Source: Tubiluchus corallicola (Eukaryota; Animalia; Priapulida). From it: a DNA stretch of 64,000 nucleotides. The notes under the pieces are model-generated. The model was not told where the DNA came from and searched no databases. It was given only the letters and a program-made list of their open reading frames with translations. The stretch is taken from NCBI GenBank assembly GCA_030141605.1, contig JAQGDQ010000499.1:62001-126000 (forward strand), read 5' to 3'. Shown in pieces: positions 39,701 to 51,789 of the stretch. Positions within the stretch are counted from its first letter, which is position 1; each line of letters opens with the position of its first letter. The translations under genes were made by a program, and so were the position numbers.

Positions 39701-42700
39701 TTTCTAACGGTATATATAGTTGTGTATTTCAATAATTTTTAATAATTATTATATGTGTACTTGCATAGCAAAATTGTGAGAACAAAAAATGGCGTTAAGC
39801 AAAAAATGGAATGCTACTGGAAAAATGAAAAATTCGGGAGATATCAGAAAAATGTACAGTGTTCCCTCGCTACTTCCGGGTTCGTTCATCGCGGACTCGC
39901 TGTTTCGTGGGTTTTCAAAAATATCAATGTAAAATATTTATCGCGGTATTTTCGCTGTTTCGTGGGTTTTTGCAGTACTCCGTCTAAAGTATTTTTGCAC
40001 GTAGTACTTATTGTATACAGTAATGTATAGATTTGATGAATTTTGCATAAAAAATCACAAAATGTATAAAAATATATTAAAAATATTAATTCTAACACTA
40101 GAAGAATATTATAAATCATAAAAAATGATCATTTAGAGTAAATAGTGTATTTATTCGGCGGATGAGTACACACCACAAACAAAATGTAGTACTTGCGCCT
40201 GCTTGAGATGCTACTTGCCGACGTGAGACTGTACACAATTATGAACATTTAAGTAAAGTTTTTTAAAAGGTACATGTACAGTACGGGAAAAGTTATTAAG
40301 GGAATGGGAAAGGGTTATGTATAAAAGGTACATGTACAGTATGGGAAAAGTTATTAAGGGAATGGGAAAGGGTTATGTATATGAGTGTGGAGAGGGTTTA
40401 TAAAGACTTAAAATATTGTATAACTACTAAAATAAGTATAGCATCTCTACTTCGCAGAAATTCACTTATCGCGGGTGGGCCTGGAACGGAACACCAGCGA
40501 TAAGTGAGGGAACACTGTACACTCGATTTCAGAAAATCAATACTTGCCATCCTCTGGATCGTAACCATATTGGGTCTTCTTGTACTCGTCCCAGGAAAGA
40601 AGCTGATCGTCGGATGTTTTTTCGTGCGTCTCCCACTGTCGATCCACGTCTTCCGTGATATATCTGCAAGGCAGAAATATGGAAAATGGATTTGCCTTGA
40701 ACTGTTGAACTGCACAAGAATTACTAGGCGAAACACCAATTACGTCATCATCATCATCATCCAATGAATCATACGACCAGGGACATGATTCTGTTCACCT
40801 CCCTACGCCAGGACTCCCTACTCGCTGCAATGCCACAATTGCATTTATTTCTAAGGATCAATGCTGAAGTGTTTAAATCTTTCTGCGCAAAATCTGAATA
40901 TGTTAACATTTGTCCTCCTGCAGGCTTTTTAGCTAGTTCTATGGCTTGTTGAAGAGCAATTACGGCCGCAATTCAAAATTCAGGCAATGGCGCACATCTT
41001 TATCATAGCGAACGGGTTTCGCAATACAGTCTGAATGTGTAGGGTCAATTTGTAAAGCTTCTTCTAATAAAACAATTTAGAATGTTTGCACAAATACAGT
41101 AGGGTTTACTATGGTATAGGCCCGTCACGATACATCGATCAGGTACATTACCGAAATGAAATAATCGCACACAGTGCGAATGCTGTCGTACCTAGACTGT
41201 GTAAATTCTATCCATTCCACCAGTTCCTGCTCGCTGACGAACTCGTCTTTGTCCTTGTCTATTCGATCCACAATCAGCCTAAAAACGAAAATGGCGTCGT
41301 TGCCGAAATTAACTGCACCAACGTAACGTAAAGAAACTTTTATTTGTAAATGAACAAGTATCTCATGAATACATACATGCATGAAAAACACGATTGTTTA
41401 TAAGGAAAGCAAGCAATAAAGTCACAGGTAAAAAAGTCATAGAAAAGTCACAGGAAAAAAAAAGAAATAACGCTAATCTTAACTGTTCACACAACCCTAA
41501 TGATAACCTTAAGATACTGAACAAAATGTGATTTTTTTCCACAAACACAGTCACGTATTGCCATATTTTCTATTTTAGTATTTTAATTGTGTGACCTACT
41601 TAAAAAAATGTGACTAACTTGAATTTTTTTGTTTGATAACCTAACTTTCTTTCCTAACCAAAATTGCGACTTTTTTAGGCCAACATAAATTAATTGTGCC
41701 TTTTTCCTGTGACTTTTCCTAGCCAAATAGCGGCCTGCCAACTAGCGGCCAGTTTGTGAAATAATGTACCGGGTCCGTAAAAATTTTCTCAGCGAATTTA
41801 CGCGATTTACAAAAATGGCACTACTGGTCTTCCAAAAAACTCGGAATTCCGCGTATCCGCGGAAAATTCTCATCCCTGATATTGTTAAAACACTAAAAAA
41901 TGATATCATTAAGGCAGAATATCAGTAATAAGAATAGAAGCTGACTTCGGTTGGTTCTATTAATCCTGGTTAAAACTACAAACTGCAAGACATCTCATAA
42001 TCGACCTACTTAAACTCGCTACAATTTTCTCATTTACAATCTTTTTATTCAAAAAAAAGTTAACAGAGCCAAACTGAAACTGTTAGGCCCCAATGTTAGG
42101 CTAAGTTTCTTAGACAAATATTGCAAACTTAAACATAACTGTGCTGCGTTTTATAACAAAAGCAACGATTCTAGCGATTGGAACGCTACTGGAAGCGAAT
42201 ACAACTTTATATACTTCGGCACGAACAAACTATTACGCATAAACCGAACACTATGAATTACAACATTTTATGATTTTATTAAAATTTTTAACGGTAAATG
42301 TAACATAGTTTTACTGTATGATGTGTCTGCATTAGTGTTTGTGTTAGCATTGTTATGATTTGTATCAATTCAGCTTTCAGTTCATTTCGTTTTATCTAGA
42401 AAAGCACAGGTTTAAAAATTTAAATGAAAGCATGCTAAATGCTGTTAGCATTGTTATGATTTGTATCAATTCAGCTTTCAATTCATGTCGTTTTATCTAG
42501 AAAAACAGAGGTTTAATAATTTAAATGAAAGCATGCTAAATGCTGTTAGCATTGTTATGATTTGTAAAGTAAACCAATTGAACTGCTAGTTTTTGCAAGA
42601 GCATCTTTAGGTTTTCCCTTATAGAAAATTAGCAACTGCATACTGCATTGTCTTATTTACTTTAGCAAAAGAAAGCTGATCAATTCAGCTTTCAAGCAGA

Positions 42701-44273
42701 GGTTTAATAATTTAATTTAAAGCATGCTAAGTGCTGCTAACCACTGAAATAATTTACATCCGGGATGAACAAAGAAATGTACTTACCCTAATCTACGTAT
42801 ACTCTCCTCTGGGGAAAGCTGATCGAACTCTCGAGCTTCATCGCGACCAAGAAAAGCTTCGTGATCATACTCGTCGTTGTGATCTAAGTTGCCGTCATCA
42901 TCGTCATCGTTGTAATGCTTCTCACTGCTGAGTGGCTGAGCAGAAAAATGGAGAAGTTATAAAAATATCGATATCACACAATCATATCTTGCAGACACAC
43001 AAGGGCGAAGGAGCTGATTAATAAGTTCCTCATTAAATATAGTAAACTGCTAACTTAAAAAGCCATTAATTTAAAAAAAGGCTAACAGCGCAATACGAAT
43101 TCACAATGCTTTGGTTCTTATTTTTGCTAAAGTAATTCTTTCAGCTTTCATCCTCTGTTGACAACCATTACGGTGCGTTCAGACTGGCGAGTTTTCTGTC
43201 GCGACTTTTTTCTTTCACAACAAACTCGCAAACGTGCGTGAACAGCTTTCCGAGTTACTGTCGGCAAGTTATTGCAAATTGTCCGACAGTTATTGCCCAG
43301 TGTGAACACCTCGGTGAGTTACTCTCGACACTTCTCACGGTGAATAGAGAACGCAGTGTCAGCTCATGCGTACAGTCGGAGAGTAACTCGCAGCAAATGT
43401 TGTGAACACGCTTGCAAGTTGCTTGGAGAGTTCACTGGGGAAGAAAACTCACTAGTGTGAAAGCACCATTAGAAAGTTTCCACTACTATCACATAACACA
43501 TTTTTCATGATTGTGGGAGTGGAACAGACATCATCCTATTGTCACGATGATCACACGATCATTTTAGAATCATTTATGTCCACTCTAGAGCGCATTCCAC
43601 AATCGCAACCCGATTGTAGACTTTTTTTATAGTGCTCAACAATTCGTGCACAATTTTGAGCTAGGTAGCACCGAGACATGTACTTTAGTTTGTAACTGAA
43701 TGTTTGTCTCGTCTCGAGATGGCTAAAGAAAAAAATCATTTAAATACTTCAAAAATTTGTCCGTAGCGAAACGTACTGAGCTTGAGCCTGACAGAAGTGA
43801 TGGCATTTCAAAGTCAGAAGTTTTGCTGTTTGATTGTAGCAGAAACTCTCTATTATCATTTTAGTTTAAAGTGACATAGCTTTTTCAGCAATCTGCAGCA
43901 TTTAAGCAAAAAGCACAATCGAAATAACTAGAAAAAATTTGGAATGCTTCAATAACAACACCATTATTTTTTGTAACGTGTCAAGTGTAAGTAATAATAA
44001 CCATGCATTACTATCAACATTCATCGTTAACGGTATTGAACAGAAATCAAGAGCAGAAGCTGCTAAGTAAACCTCTTCAGTAATCATTTCCAGTGTGAAC
44101 GAACTATTTGCAGCACGGCTAGGCTACACACAAGCGATACAAAGCAAACAGTTCAAAAGCGACATAGTTACCTTGTCGAAGGGTTTTTTAGGTACAGCGG
44201 CAGTTGACTGCAGCGCTACGAATACGGTCAGGACATAGAATGAAGATAACAACGCGAATACAGACACATTCAT
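33746..44273 (-). CDS. CALU: Calumenin (CREC family multi-EF-hand ER lumen protein), 8 exons, 329 aa
   Basis: Exons 44172-44273 (signal peptide [26 protein letters not shown]), 42787-42935 ([23 protein letters not shown]), 41192-41278, 40548-40663, 39066-39235, 37284-37344, 35081-35280 and 33746-33850 sum to 990 nt in frame. EF-hand loops [48 protein letters not shown]; C-terminus [17 protein letters not shown]. Confidence 0.95.
36340..36740. repeat. ~390 bp interspersed repeat, direct copy at ~58190-58580
   Basis: Shared GACACTGATAAATCAAGTAGAATACA...AAATAAAATCAAGAAATC. Confidence 0.8.
37592..38146 (-). mobile_element. 5S rRNA-headed SINE (SINE3-like) with an RTE-derived body, in a calumenin intron
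   Basis: Full-length 5S-like head with no oligo-T terminator, fused to a body whose 3' part translates as [12 protein letters not shown], resembling the RTE-clade ORF C-terminal motif. Confidence 0.75.
38027..38146 (-). pseudogene. 5S rRNA-derived sequence (120 nt, mutated)
   Basis: GACTATGGCCAAATCACGTTGAAAACACCAGTTCTCGTCTGATCACCGAAGTTAAGC...AGTACTTGGATGGGTGACCGCC...GTGCTGTAGGCTT. The internal control region is recognisable; substitutions include TATTAATA for TGGGAATA. Confidence 0.9.
38383..38872. mobile_element. pogo/Tigger-type MITE (sibling of 26498-26967)
   Basis: CAGTCAACCTCGG...CCGAGGTTGACTG TIRs. Confidence 0.85.
39310..39770. repeat. ~125-bp tandem repeat, ~3.7 copies
   Basis: TATTCACGTATCCTGAATTTT...AAGCTTTTCTAGT repeated. 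Confidence 0.9.
39857..40517. mobile_element. pogo/Tigger-type MITE, family CAGTGTTCCCT
   Basis: TA|CAGTGTTCCCTC...GAGGGAACACTG|TA. Confidence 0.85.
43171..43468. mobile_element. PIF/Harbinger-type MITE in calumenin intron 1
   Basis: TTA|CGGTGCGTTCAGACTGGCGAGTTTT...AAAACTCACTAGTGTGAAAGCACCA|TTA with a 3-bp TTA TSD. Confidence 0.75.
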
Positions 44274-44756
44274 TGCTGTCTAGCGTGCTACCAAACACCA
44301 AACGCGGCAAAGTGCGAAAAATTCCTGCAGAAACAACAAACAGAACAACGTCTGAAATACCGTGGCAATTCGATAAGCCAAACAGAAAGCAATGCAAAAA
44401 CAGGTTAACGAAAAACAGAAACGAAAACCATCTAGATCTAGACAGTTGAGAAAAAAGAATTTGAAAGCCCCAAGTGATAGGTAAAAAATAAATGAAAATA
44501 AAGTGTCTAGATCTAAATAGTTTTTCAGAAATATTTTTAAACATTTTGTTAATCTGTGCATAATACGTTCATGCTGCTTTCTCGTCTATTTAGGAAGGGT
44601 TTGTTTAATTTTCTTTAATGTCGGTTGGCAAAAATTCCAAAAACGAAAGAGTTTTGAGAGCAGCAGTAAATTTATAAATTCGTAAAATTACTGTGATTTT
44701 ATACTCAGATTTCACGTTAGAAAATCAAAAAATTGGAAAATTTCGATTTTACAAAA

Positions 44757-47141
44757 CATGTTGACTAAATTGTTCACACATGCGCAAGACCAAGTTCAAA
44801 CTACAGTAAATCCACGCTTAACGACTCCCCGTTTAATGACACTCTGTATGTTGACTAAATTATTCACACATGTGCGAGACCAAGTTCAAACTACAGTAAA
44901 TCCTCGCTTAACGACTCCCCGTTTAATGACACTCTGTATGTTGACTAAACTATTCACACATGTGCGAGACCAAGTTCAAACTACAGTAAATCCTCGCTTA
45001 ATGACTCCCCGTTTAATGACACTTTGTATGTTGACTAAACTATTCACACATGTGCGAGATCAAGTTCAAACTACAGTAAATCCTCGCTTAATGACTCCCC
45101 ATTTAATGACACTCTGTATGTTGACTAAACTATTCACACATGTACGAGACCAAGTTCAAACTACAGTAAATCCTCGCTTAATGACTCCCCGTTTAATGAC
45201 ACTTTGTATGTTGACTAAACTATTCACACATGTGCGAGACCAAGTTCAAACTACAGTAAATCCTCGCTTAACGACTCCCCGTTTAATGACACTTTGTATG
45301 TTGACTAAATTATTCACACATGTGCGAGACTAAACTATTCACACATGTGCGAGACCAAGTTCAAACTACAGGAAATCCTCATTTAATGACTCCCCGTTTA
45401 ATGACACTTCGTATGTTGACTAAACTATTAACATATGTGCGAGACCAAGTTCAAACTACAGTAAATCCTCGTTTAATGACTCCCCATTTAATGACACTTT
45501 GTATGTTGACTAAACTATTCACACATGTGCGAGACCAAGTTCAAACTACAGGAAATCCTCGCTTAACGACTCCCCGTTTAATGACACTTTGTATGTTGAC
45601 TAAACTATTCACACATGTGCGAGGCCAAGTTCAAACTACAGTAAATCCTCGCTTAACGACTCCCCGTTTAATGACACTTCGTATGTTGACTAAACTATTC
45701 ACACATGTGCGAGGCCAAGTTCAAACTACAGTAAATCCTCGTTTAATGACTCCCCATTTAATGACACTTTGTATGTTGACTAAACTATTCACACATGTGC
45801 GAAACCAAGTTCAAACTACAGTAAATCCTCGCTTAACGACTCCCCGTTTAATGACACTTTGCATGTTGACTAAACTATTCACACATGTGCGAGACCAAGT
45901 TCAAACTACAGTAAATCCTCGTTTAATGACTCCCCATTTAATGACACTTTGTATGTTGACTAAACTATTCACACATGTGCGAGACCAAGTTCAAACTACA
46001 GTAAATCCTCGCTTAACGACTCCCCGTTTAATGACACTTCGTATGTTGACTAAACTATTCACACATGTGCGAGACCAAGTTCAAACTACAGTAAGTCCTC
46101 ACTTAATGACTCCCCATTTAATGACACTTTGTATGTTGACTAAACTATTCACACATGTGCGAGATCAAGTTCAAACTACAGTAAATCCTCGTTTAATGAC
46201 TCCCCATTTAATGACACTTTGTATGTTGACTAAACTATTCACACATGTGTGAGACCAAGTTCAAACTACAGTAAATCCTCGTTTAATGACTCCCCATTTA
46301 ATGACACTTTGTATGTTGACTAAACTATTCACACATGTGCGAGGCCAAGTTCAAACTACAGTAAATCCTCGCTTAACGACTCCCCGTTTAATGACACTTT
46401 GTATGTTGACTAAATTATTAACACATGTGCGAGACCAAGTTCAAACTACAGTAAATCCTCGCTTAACGACTCCCTGTTTAATGACACTTTGTATGTTGAC
46501 TAAACTATTCACACATGTGCGAGACCAAGTTCAAACTACAGTAAATCCTCACTTAACAACTCCCAGTTTAATGACACTTCGTATGTTGACTAAATTATTC
46601 ACACATGTGTGAGACTAAATTATTCACACATGTGCGAGGCCAAGTTCAAACTACAGTAAATCCTCGCTTAACAACTCCCAGTTTAATGACACTTTGTATG
46701 TTGACTAAACTATTCACACATGTGCGAGGCCAAGTTCAAACTACAGTAAATCCTCGCTTAACAACTCCCAGTTTAATGACACTTTGTATGTTGACTAAAT
46801 TATTCACACATGTGCGAGGCCAAGTTCAAACTACAGTAAATCCTCGCTTAACAACTCCCAGTTTAATGACACTTTGTATGTTGACTAAACTATTCACACA
46901 TGTGCGAGGCCAAGTTCAAACTACAGTAAATCCTCGCTTAACAACTCCCAGTTTAATGACACTTTGTACGTTGACTAAACTATTCACACATGTGCGAGGC
47001 CAAGTTCAAACTACAGTAAATCCTCGCTTAACAACTCCCAGTTTAATGACACTTTGTATGTTGACTAAACTATTCACACATGTGCGAGGCCAAGTTCAAA
47101 CTACAGTAAATCCTCGCTTAACGACCCCCAGTTTAATGACG
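44757..47141. repeat. 90-bp tandem satellite, ~26 copies, containing a MITE terminal sequence
   Basis: Unit ATGTTGACTAAACTATTCACACATGTGCGAGACCAAGTTCAAACTACAGTAAATCCTCGCTTAACGACTCCCCGTTTAATGACACTTTGT; 30-aa periodicity in the ORF track. Confidence 0.97.
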
Positions 47142-47834
47142 TTTTAACAACGCTAAACATGTGACACCCGCCCTTTTTTCACTTAACGACGCACCGTTTC
47201 ATTTTAATGACAATTTTTTTATTTTGCTTGCAGCCATTTTTTATTTTATCAACAACTTATTTTACTTAATTTGAAGTATTAAAGCGGTACAAATTGCATT
47301 ATTTTGCTCTAAAAATGCATTAGTAATCTAAGCAGTGCAATTATTATAATGCTTTTGCTTCCCGACTGACTATGTACTAAATTCTAGCCGTTTGTATCAA
47401 GCGAGATCTATTTGCTGATTTATATGCCTTCAGGCACCCGAGTTTAAACTTTGTGCAAAGGAACCTTGTCTGCAACTTGTTGCATTAACAGCCAGATTAC
47501 TACTAACAGAAATTGTTGCTTCATGCAAGGCTTGGCTTTAACTATGCAGTGTTTAACTGCTAACTGTCTGTATATAGGCTTCAAGAGATCGCTTGCAAGT
47601 CTAGCTAGATATTGATAAGAAAGATAGGTGGTTTGAAGCAAACATAAAAGAAATTAACCAGTAGAAACGTGAATAAAACTCATAAAATGTTTCGTGTATA
47701 TAATTTGAGCAGCATTGATTTTTGCTCTTAAAACGTATCTCAATTCTTTTACATTACTTTCTACGGAAGTCTTGGTTTCGCTTAACGCCGCATTTTGCTG
47801 GAATACATTAGCGTCGTTAAGCGAGGACTTACTG
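47104..47834. mobile_element. Tc1/mariner-pogo type MITE adjoining the satellite
   Basis: TA|CAGTAAATCCTCGCTTAACGAC...GTCGTTAAGCGAGGACTTACTG TIRs. Confidence 0.8.
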
Positions 47835-50269
47835 CAGTTGTTTCGTTTTAACATACACGCTTTAAATTTTTAGCTGTTATTATTTTTATAAACTCAGTCT
47901 TAACTGCTCACAGTACAGTAATTTTGATTTACGTAATTTTGGCAGTATCAGTTAAAGTACCAATTTTACACTGCAGCAGCTGCCAAAACATTGACAAATC
48001 AGCTTTCATACAAAGATTTCTTTCATCGCATAAAAGTTATCGTAAGGTTTCATCGCATAAAAGTTATCGTAAGGTTTCATCGCATAAAAGTTATCGTAAG
48101 GTAATCGCCAACTACATTTAAATATATATGAACAGCAACATGCATTATTATGCACACATCAGCAAAATGGCCACTAATACCGCCCACATACCTACCTTTG
48201 TCTCCTCGTGACCAAGAGCGGTGGCCACTAGTATGAGGAGCAAAGTAATTTTCTTGTACATGAAGCTACAGCTAAAACAGTCAAATACAGTACATAATTA
48301 CAAGGCTTTAACTAGATGCAATGCTTCTGTAACTTTCATTTTGCATTGTGGCACGTAAATTCAATTTTTCAATTCAATTCAATTTTAATTTATTTATCTC
48401 TTTATAATACTACAATAAAACATGATTAATAAAAGAATCGCTAATAAGTTTTGAAGAATGGTTAAAATGATTAGATAGATCTAGAACTAGAGAAAAGAAA
48501 GGATAGCGAAAAGACTATGAAGTCACCCTAGTCTGCTATCCTTTACCGAATATAGATAAAATGATTTTTACACACTGGTGGGCATTAATGTTATCAGTTT
48601 AATTTAGGAAACATTAATAATTTTAAAATTATTTGCTAATTAAGTAATCCAGAGTAAAGAAAATACATGTACTTTAATTAGCGGGCAACAAAATAAGGTC
48701 AATCTTGATTAAACTAAAAATAGTATTTAGATTTTATGTGAAATACAGGTCAAAATTGTTATGAAATGATAAAAACACTTTGGGTTAATAATGCAGTTAA
48801 TCAACAACAGGGGTTAAATACATTTTGATTGGAGTTCAACTTCAATTTCTAGGCTTAAATAAATAAACAAAAAATAAATAAACCGCTTGTTGCAATAAAA
48901 TCTAGTGTATCTTTCGTATATTTGATCAACATTTCGACTTCATTTTCAAGTCGTACGTAGTCAAAACCATATTAAAACAGTTGACACCAAATTCAATTCA
49001 AATTGTTTTCTTCTATATAAACTAAAAAGCTTCGGTCGAGTTGAAATTAAGTAGAAAACGTGGGCAAAGATACAGTGGACAGAAAGATTGGGGGAAGGCC
49101 TTCTGATACTTCAAGTTTTAATATGACAACGGGCTGGTCATTTAGAAGAAAGCAATTTGAATTAAATTTGCATTAACCATTTTAATCTAAGATTGTGCAT
49201 ATTACACTTTTGGCTATATATTCTTGAAGAAGACATAATGTAGAAATATGTAATAGTGCAGCAAAATAGTCCTTAACTTGGCAATTACGCTTTCCTAGTT
49301 ATTCATTGAAAAACATAACCTTGAGAAAATCCTGTTAAAGTCAGCCACTGTTTTTTGTCCCGTTTCTATAAAACGCTTAGCTACCACACAAATGTTGGTT
49401 GCTACGGACTTTGTAAGAACATGTTGAAGTTATGTTTAAATCCAGTAGATGGCTCTTTCTGACGAAGATCTGGGCTTGGCAACAGAAAAAACCCGAAGCA
49501 AAGTGACTGTTTCCAGGAGCTGCTATCAAAGTTTGAAAATACAAGTTTTTTTACAATTGCATTACTAAACTTAGACAGAGAAATGGGTGTGGGGTTATAA
49601 AATTATATTTTTAGTATTTTTTGAACATTTTCTTGATAATTTCATGCTAGTATATAAAAGTCCAGCATGTTTAGCATTTTTATAAAAAACAAAAGTTGAT
49701 GTTTAACCAAATTTTTGGGGCATTTGACTTTGAAGCATCATAACGTTGTGTTACCTATGGTGACTTATGGACGGCTTTCGTTTGCAAGCACACAAATATT
49801 GATCAAATGAACAAAAAATACACTAGATTTGACTACAACAAGCATGGTTCATTTATTTATTTACATGGTATAAAGATAATTACAATTGTTGCCATTTTTT
49901 CAACTTGTCTGATACTGGAGTAAGCTCAACAAGTTTTCTCAATGGTAGGGGCCAGGGGGTGAGCATTCTCTATCAGAAAGAGAATTCGTGTCGAATTTGG
50001 ACTTTCAAATTCGAATCGAACCGAATTTCAGCATTTCGAATTCGAATCGAGTTGGAAAGATTTTCGAACTAGCAAAAAGTGGGCTTACAAAGATCACGGA
50101 TATTTCTGCAGTAAGACCACTATTAGTTTGTTAGAAATTTTGCACAGAAACTGCAGCTTAATTGTGCTAATTGCAAGCTGTTTCAAACATTTTAATGATA
50201 AAGAACATGTGTAGTTGAAGTGCTGAATTATTCAAATCTATAGTTTTAAGTTCGAATTCGAGCTAAAGT

Positions 50270-50930
50270 AAGTAAATAAGCAATTTATTGTCATTAGAGC
50301 ATCATACAATAATAATAATAATAATAATAATCTTTTATTTATCTTTTAACACACACAGTTACAATACAATTAATTTAGCAACAAAAATGTGAAGAAAGGG
50401 CAGCGAAAGACCAATTGATCACCTAGTCAGCTGCCCTTTGGTTAGTGATGAACATTTTTTAAAGGCTCTATGCTACAGTGTATTAGTGTTAGTACTGCTT
50501 ATAATAAAAATGAAATTGTTAGGAATGACATAAAATTGATAATGATATGATCTTACAATAGATACATACAATGTATACATACATTACAATAGATTACATA
50601 CATACATACAATGAAATTTATGTGGTTTTACGTACTGCAATAACTTATAGAAACAACAAGGAGATTCACACAAATAATTCAATCAGCTGTACTGTGACAT
50701 AAATAATTAATATTGGAGATTTACTGAAATTTACTGTTGATGGTGCAAATTGCAACGGAATAGAAAGAATTTAAAGTTCTTGTCGTTTTGGCATTAATTG
50801 AGTGGAATCTATGACCAGAGGGGAGCATTTCATAATATTTATTACCTGAATGGAATTCATCTTTCATGATAACTTGTGCTCTCTTTGCTACTCTACTTTC
50901 ATACAAATCTATGGTCGATTCGAATGTTTG
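50270..50930 (-). mobile_element. 3' fragment of a non-LTR retrotransposon (Rex1/Babar- or L2-like)
   Basis: LYESRVAKRAQVIMKDEFHSGNKYYEMLPSGHRFHSINAKTTRTLNSFYSVAI resembles the D..HP..F..LPSGRR...T.R...SF.P.AI C-terminal motif of these clades. The left boundary is approximate. Confidence 0.65.
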
Positions 50931-51161
50931 ATGGTCACCTCTACTCAATGGTAGTAAGTCATACTTTAGTACAAAGTTTGCTTTGTTGATAAAAACAATG
51001 AGGTGCAAGATTTTTAAGAGACCTAAACAAGCACAAAAATGCCTCTCAAAGGAAGAAGTGGCTTCCGTTCATCAGTATGTAGTAACAGTAGTTTGTTGTT
51101 AAGGAGTGTCTCATCAGTTTCGAGAATAAATTTAAATTTACTCACGGTAGCAAAACCAATA

Positions 51162-51729
51162 CAGTGTTCCCTCGCTACTTCGCGATTCGTTTATTGTGGC
51201 GGTATTTTCACTGTTTTGCGGGTTTTGCGGTACTCAAAATTACGTATCTAGGTTTAAGAGTTTAAAACATTTTTATGAACATTTATGCAGTTTTTTAAAA
51301 GGTACATGTACAGTATGGGAAAAGTTATTAAGGGAATGGGAAAGGGTTACGTATAAGAGTATGGGGAGGGTTTATAAAGACTTAAAATTATGTATAACTA
51401 ATAAAATAAGTAAAGTATACTCCGTCTAAAGTATTTTTGCACATGCGTAGTACGTATTGTACAGTAATGTATAGATTTGATGAATTTTGCATAAAAAATC
51501 ACAAAATGTATAAAAATACGTTAAAAATATTAATTCTGACATTAAAAGAATATTAGAAATCATAAAAAATTACCATTTACAATATTTATTCGGCGGATGA
51601 ATGAATACACACCAAAAACAAAATGTAGTACTTGCGCCCTAAAATAAGTATAGCGTCCCTACTTCGCGGAAATTCACTTATCGCAGGTGGGCCTGGAACA
51701 GAACACCCGCGATAAGTAAGGGAACACTG
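51162..51729. mobile_element. pogo/Tigger-type MITE, family CAGTGTTCCCT (internally rearranged)
   Basis: TA|CAGTGTTCCCT...AGGGAACACTG|TA. Confidence 0.85.
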
Positions 51730-51743
51730 TAAATATATTAATA

Positions 51744-51789
<46 letters not shown>

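Noticed and set aside
44758-47147. Long repetitive ORFs (191, 310, 108 and 180 aa)
   Set aside because: By-product of a stop-free 90-bp satellite; the frames break at partial units and the sequence is MITE-derived.
48900-48970. Penelope-type minimal hammerhead on the minus strand (GACTT..AAGTC-GAAA)
   Set aside because: The CTGANGA core is absent; at best a decayed remnant.
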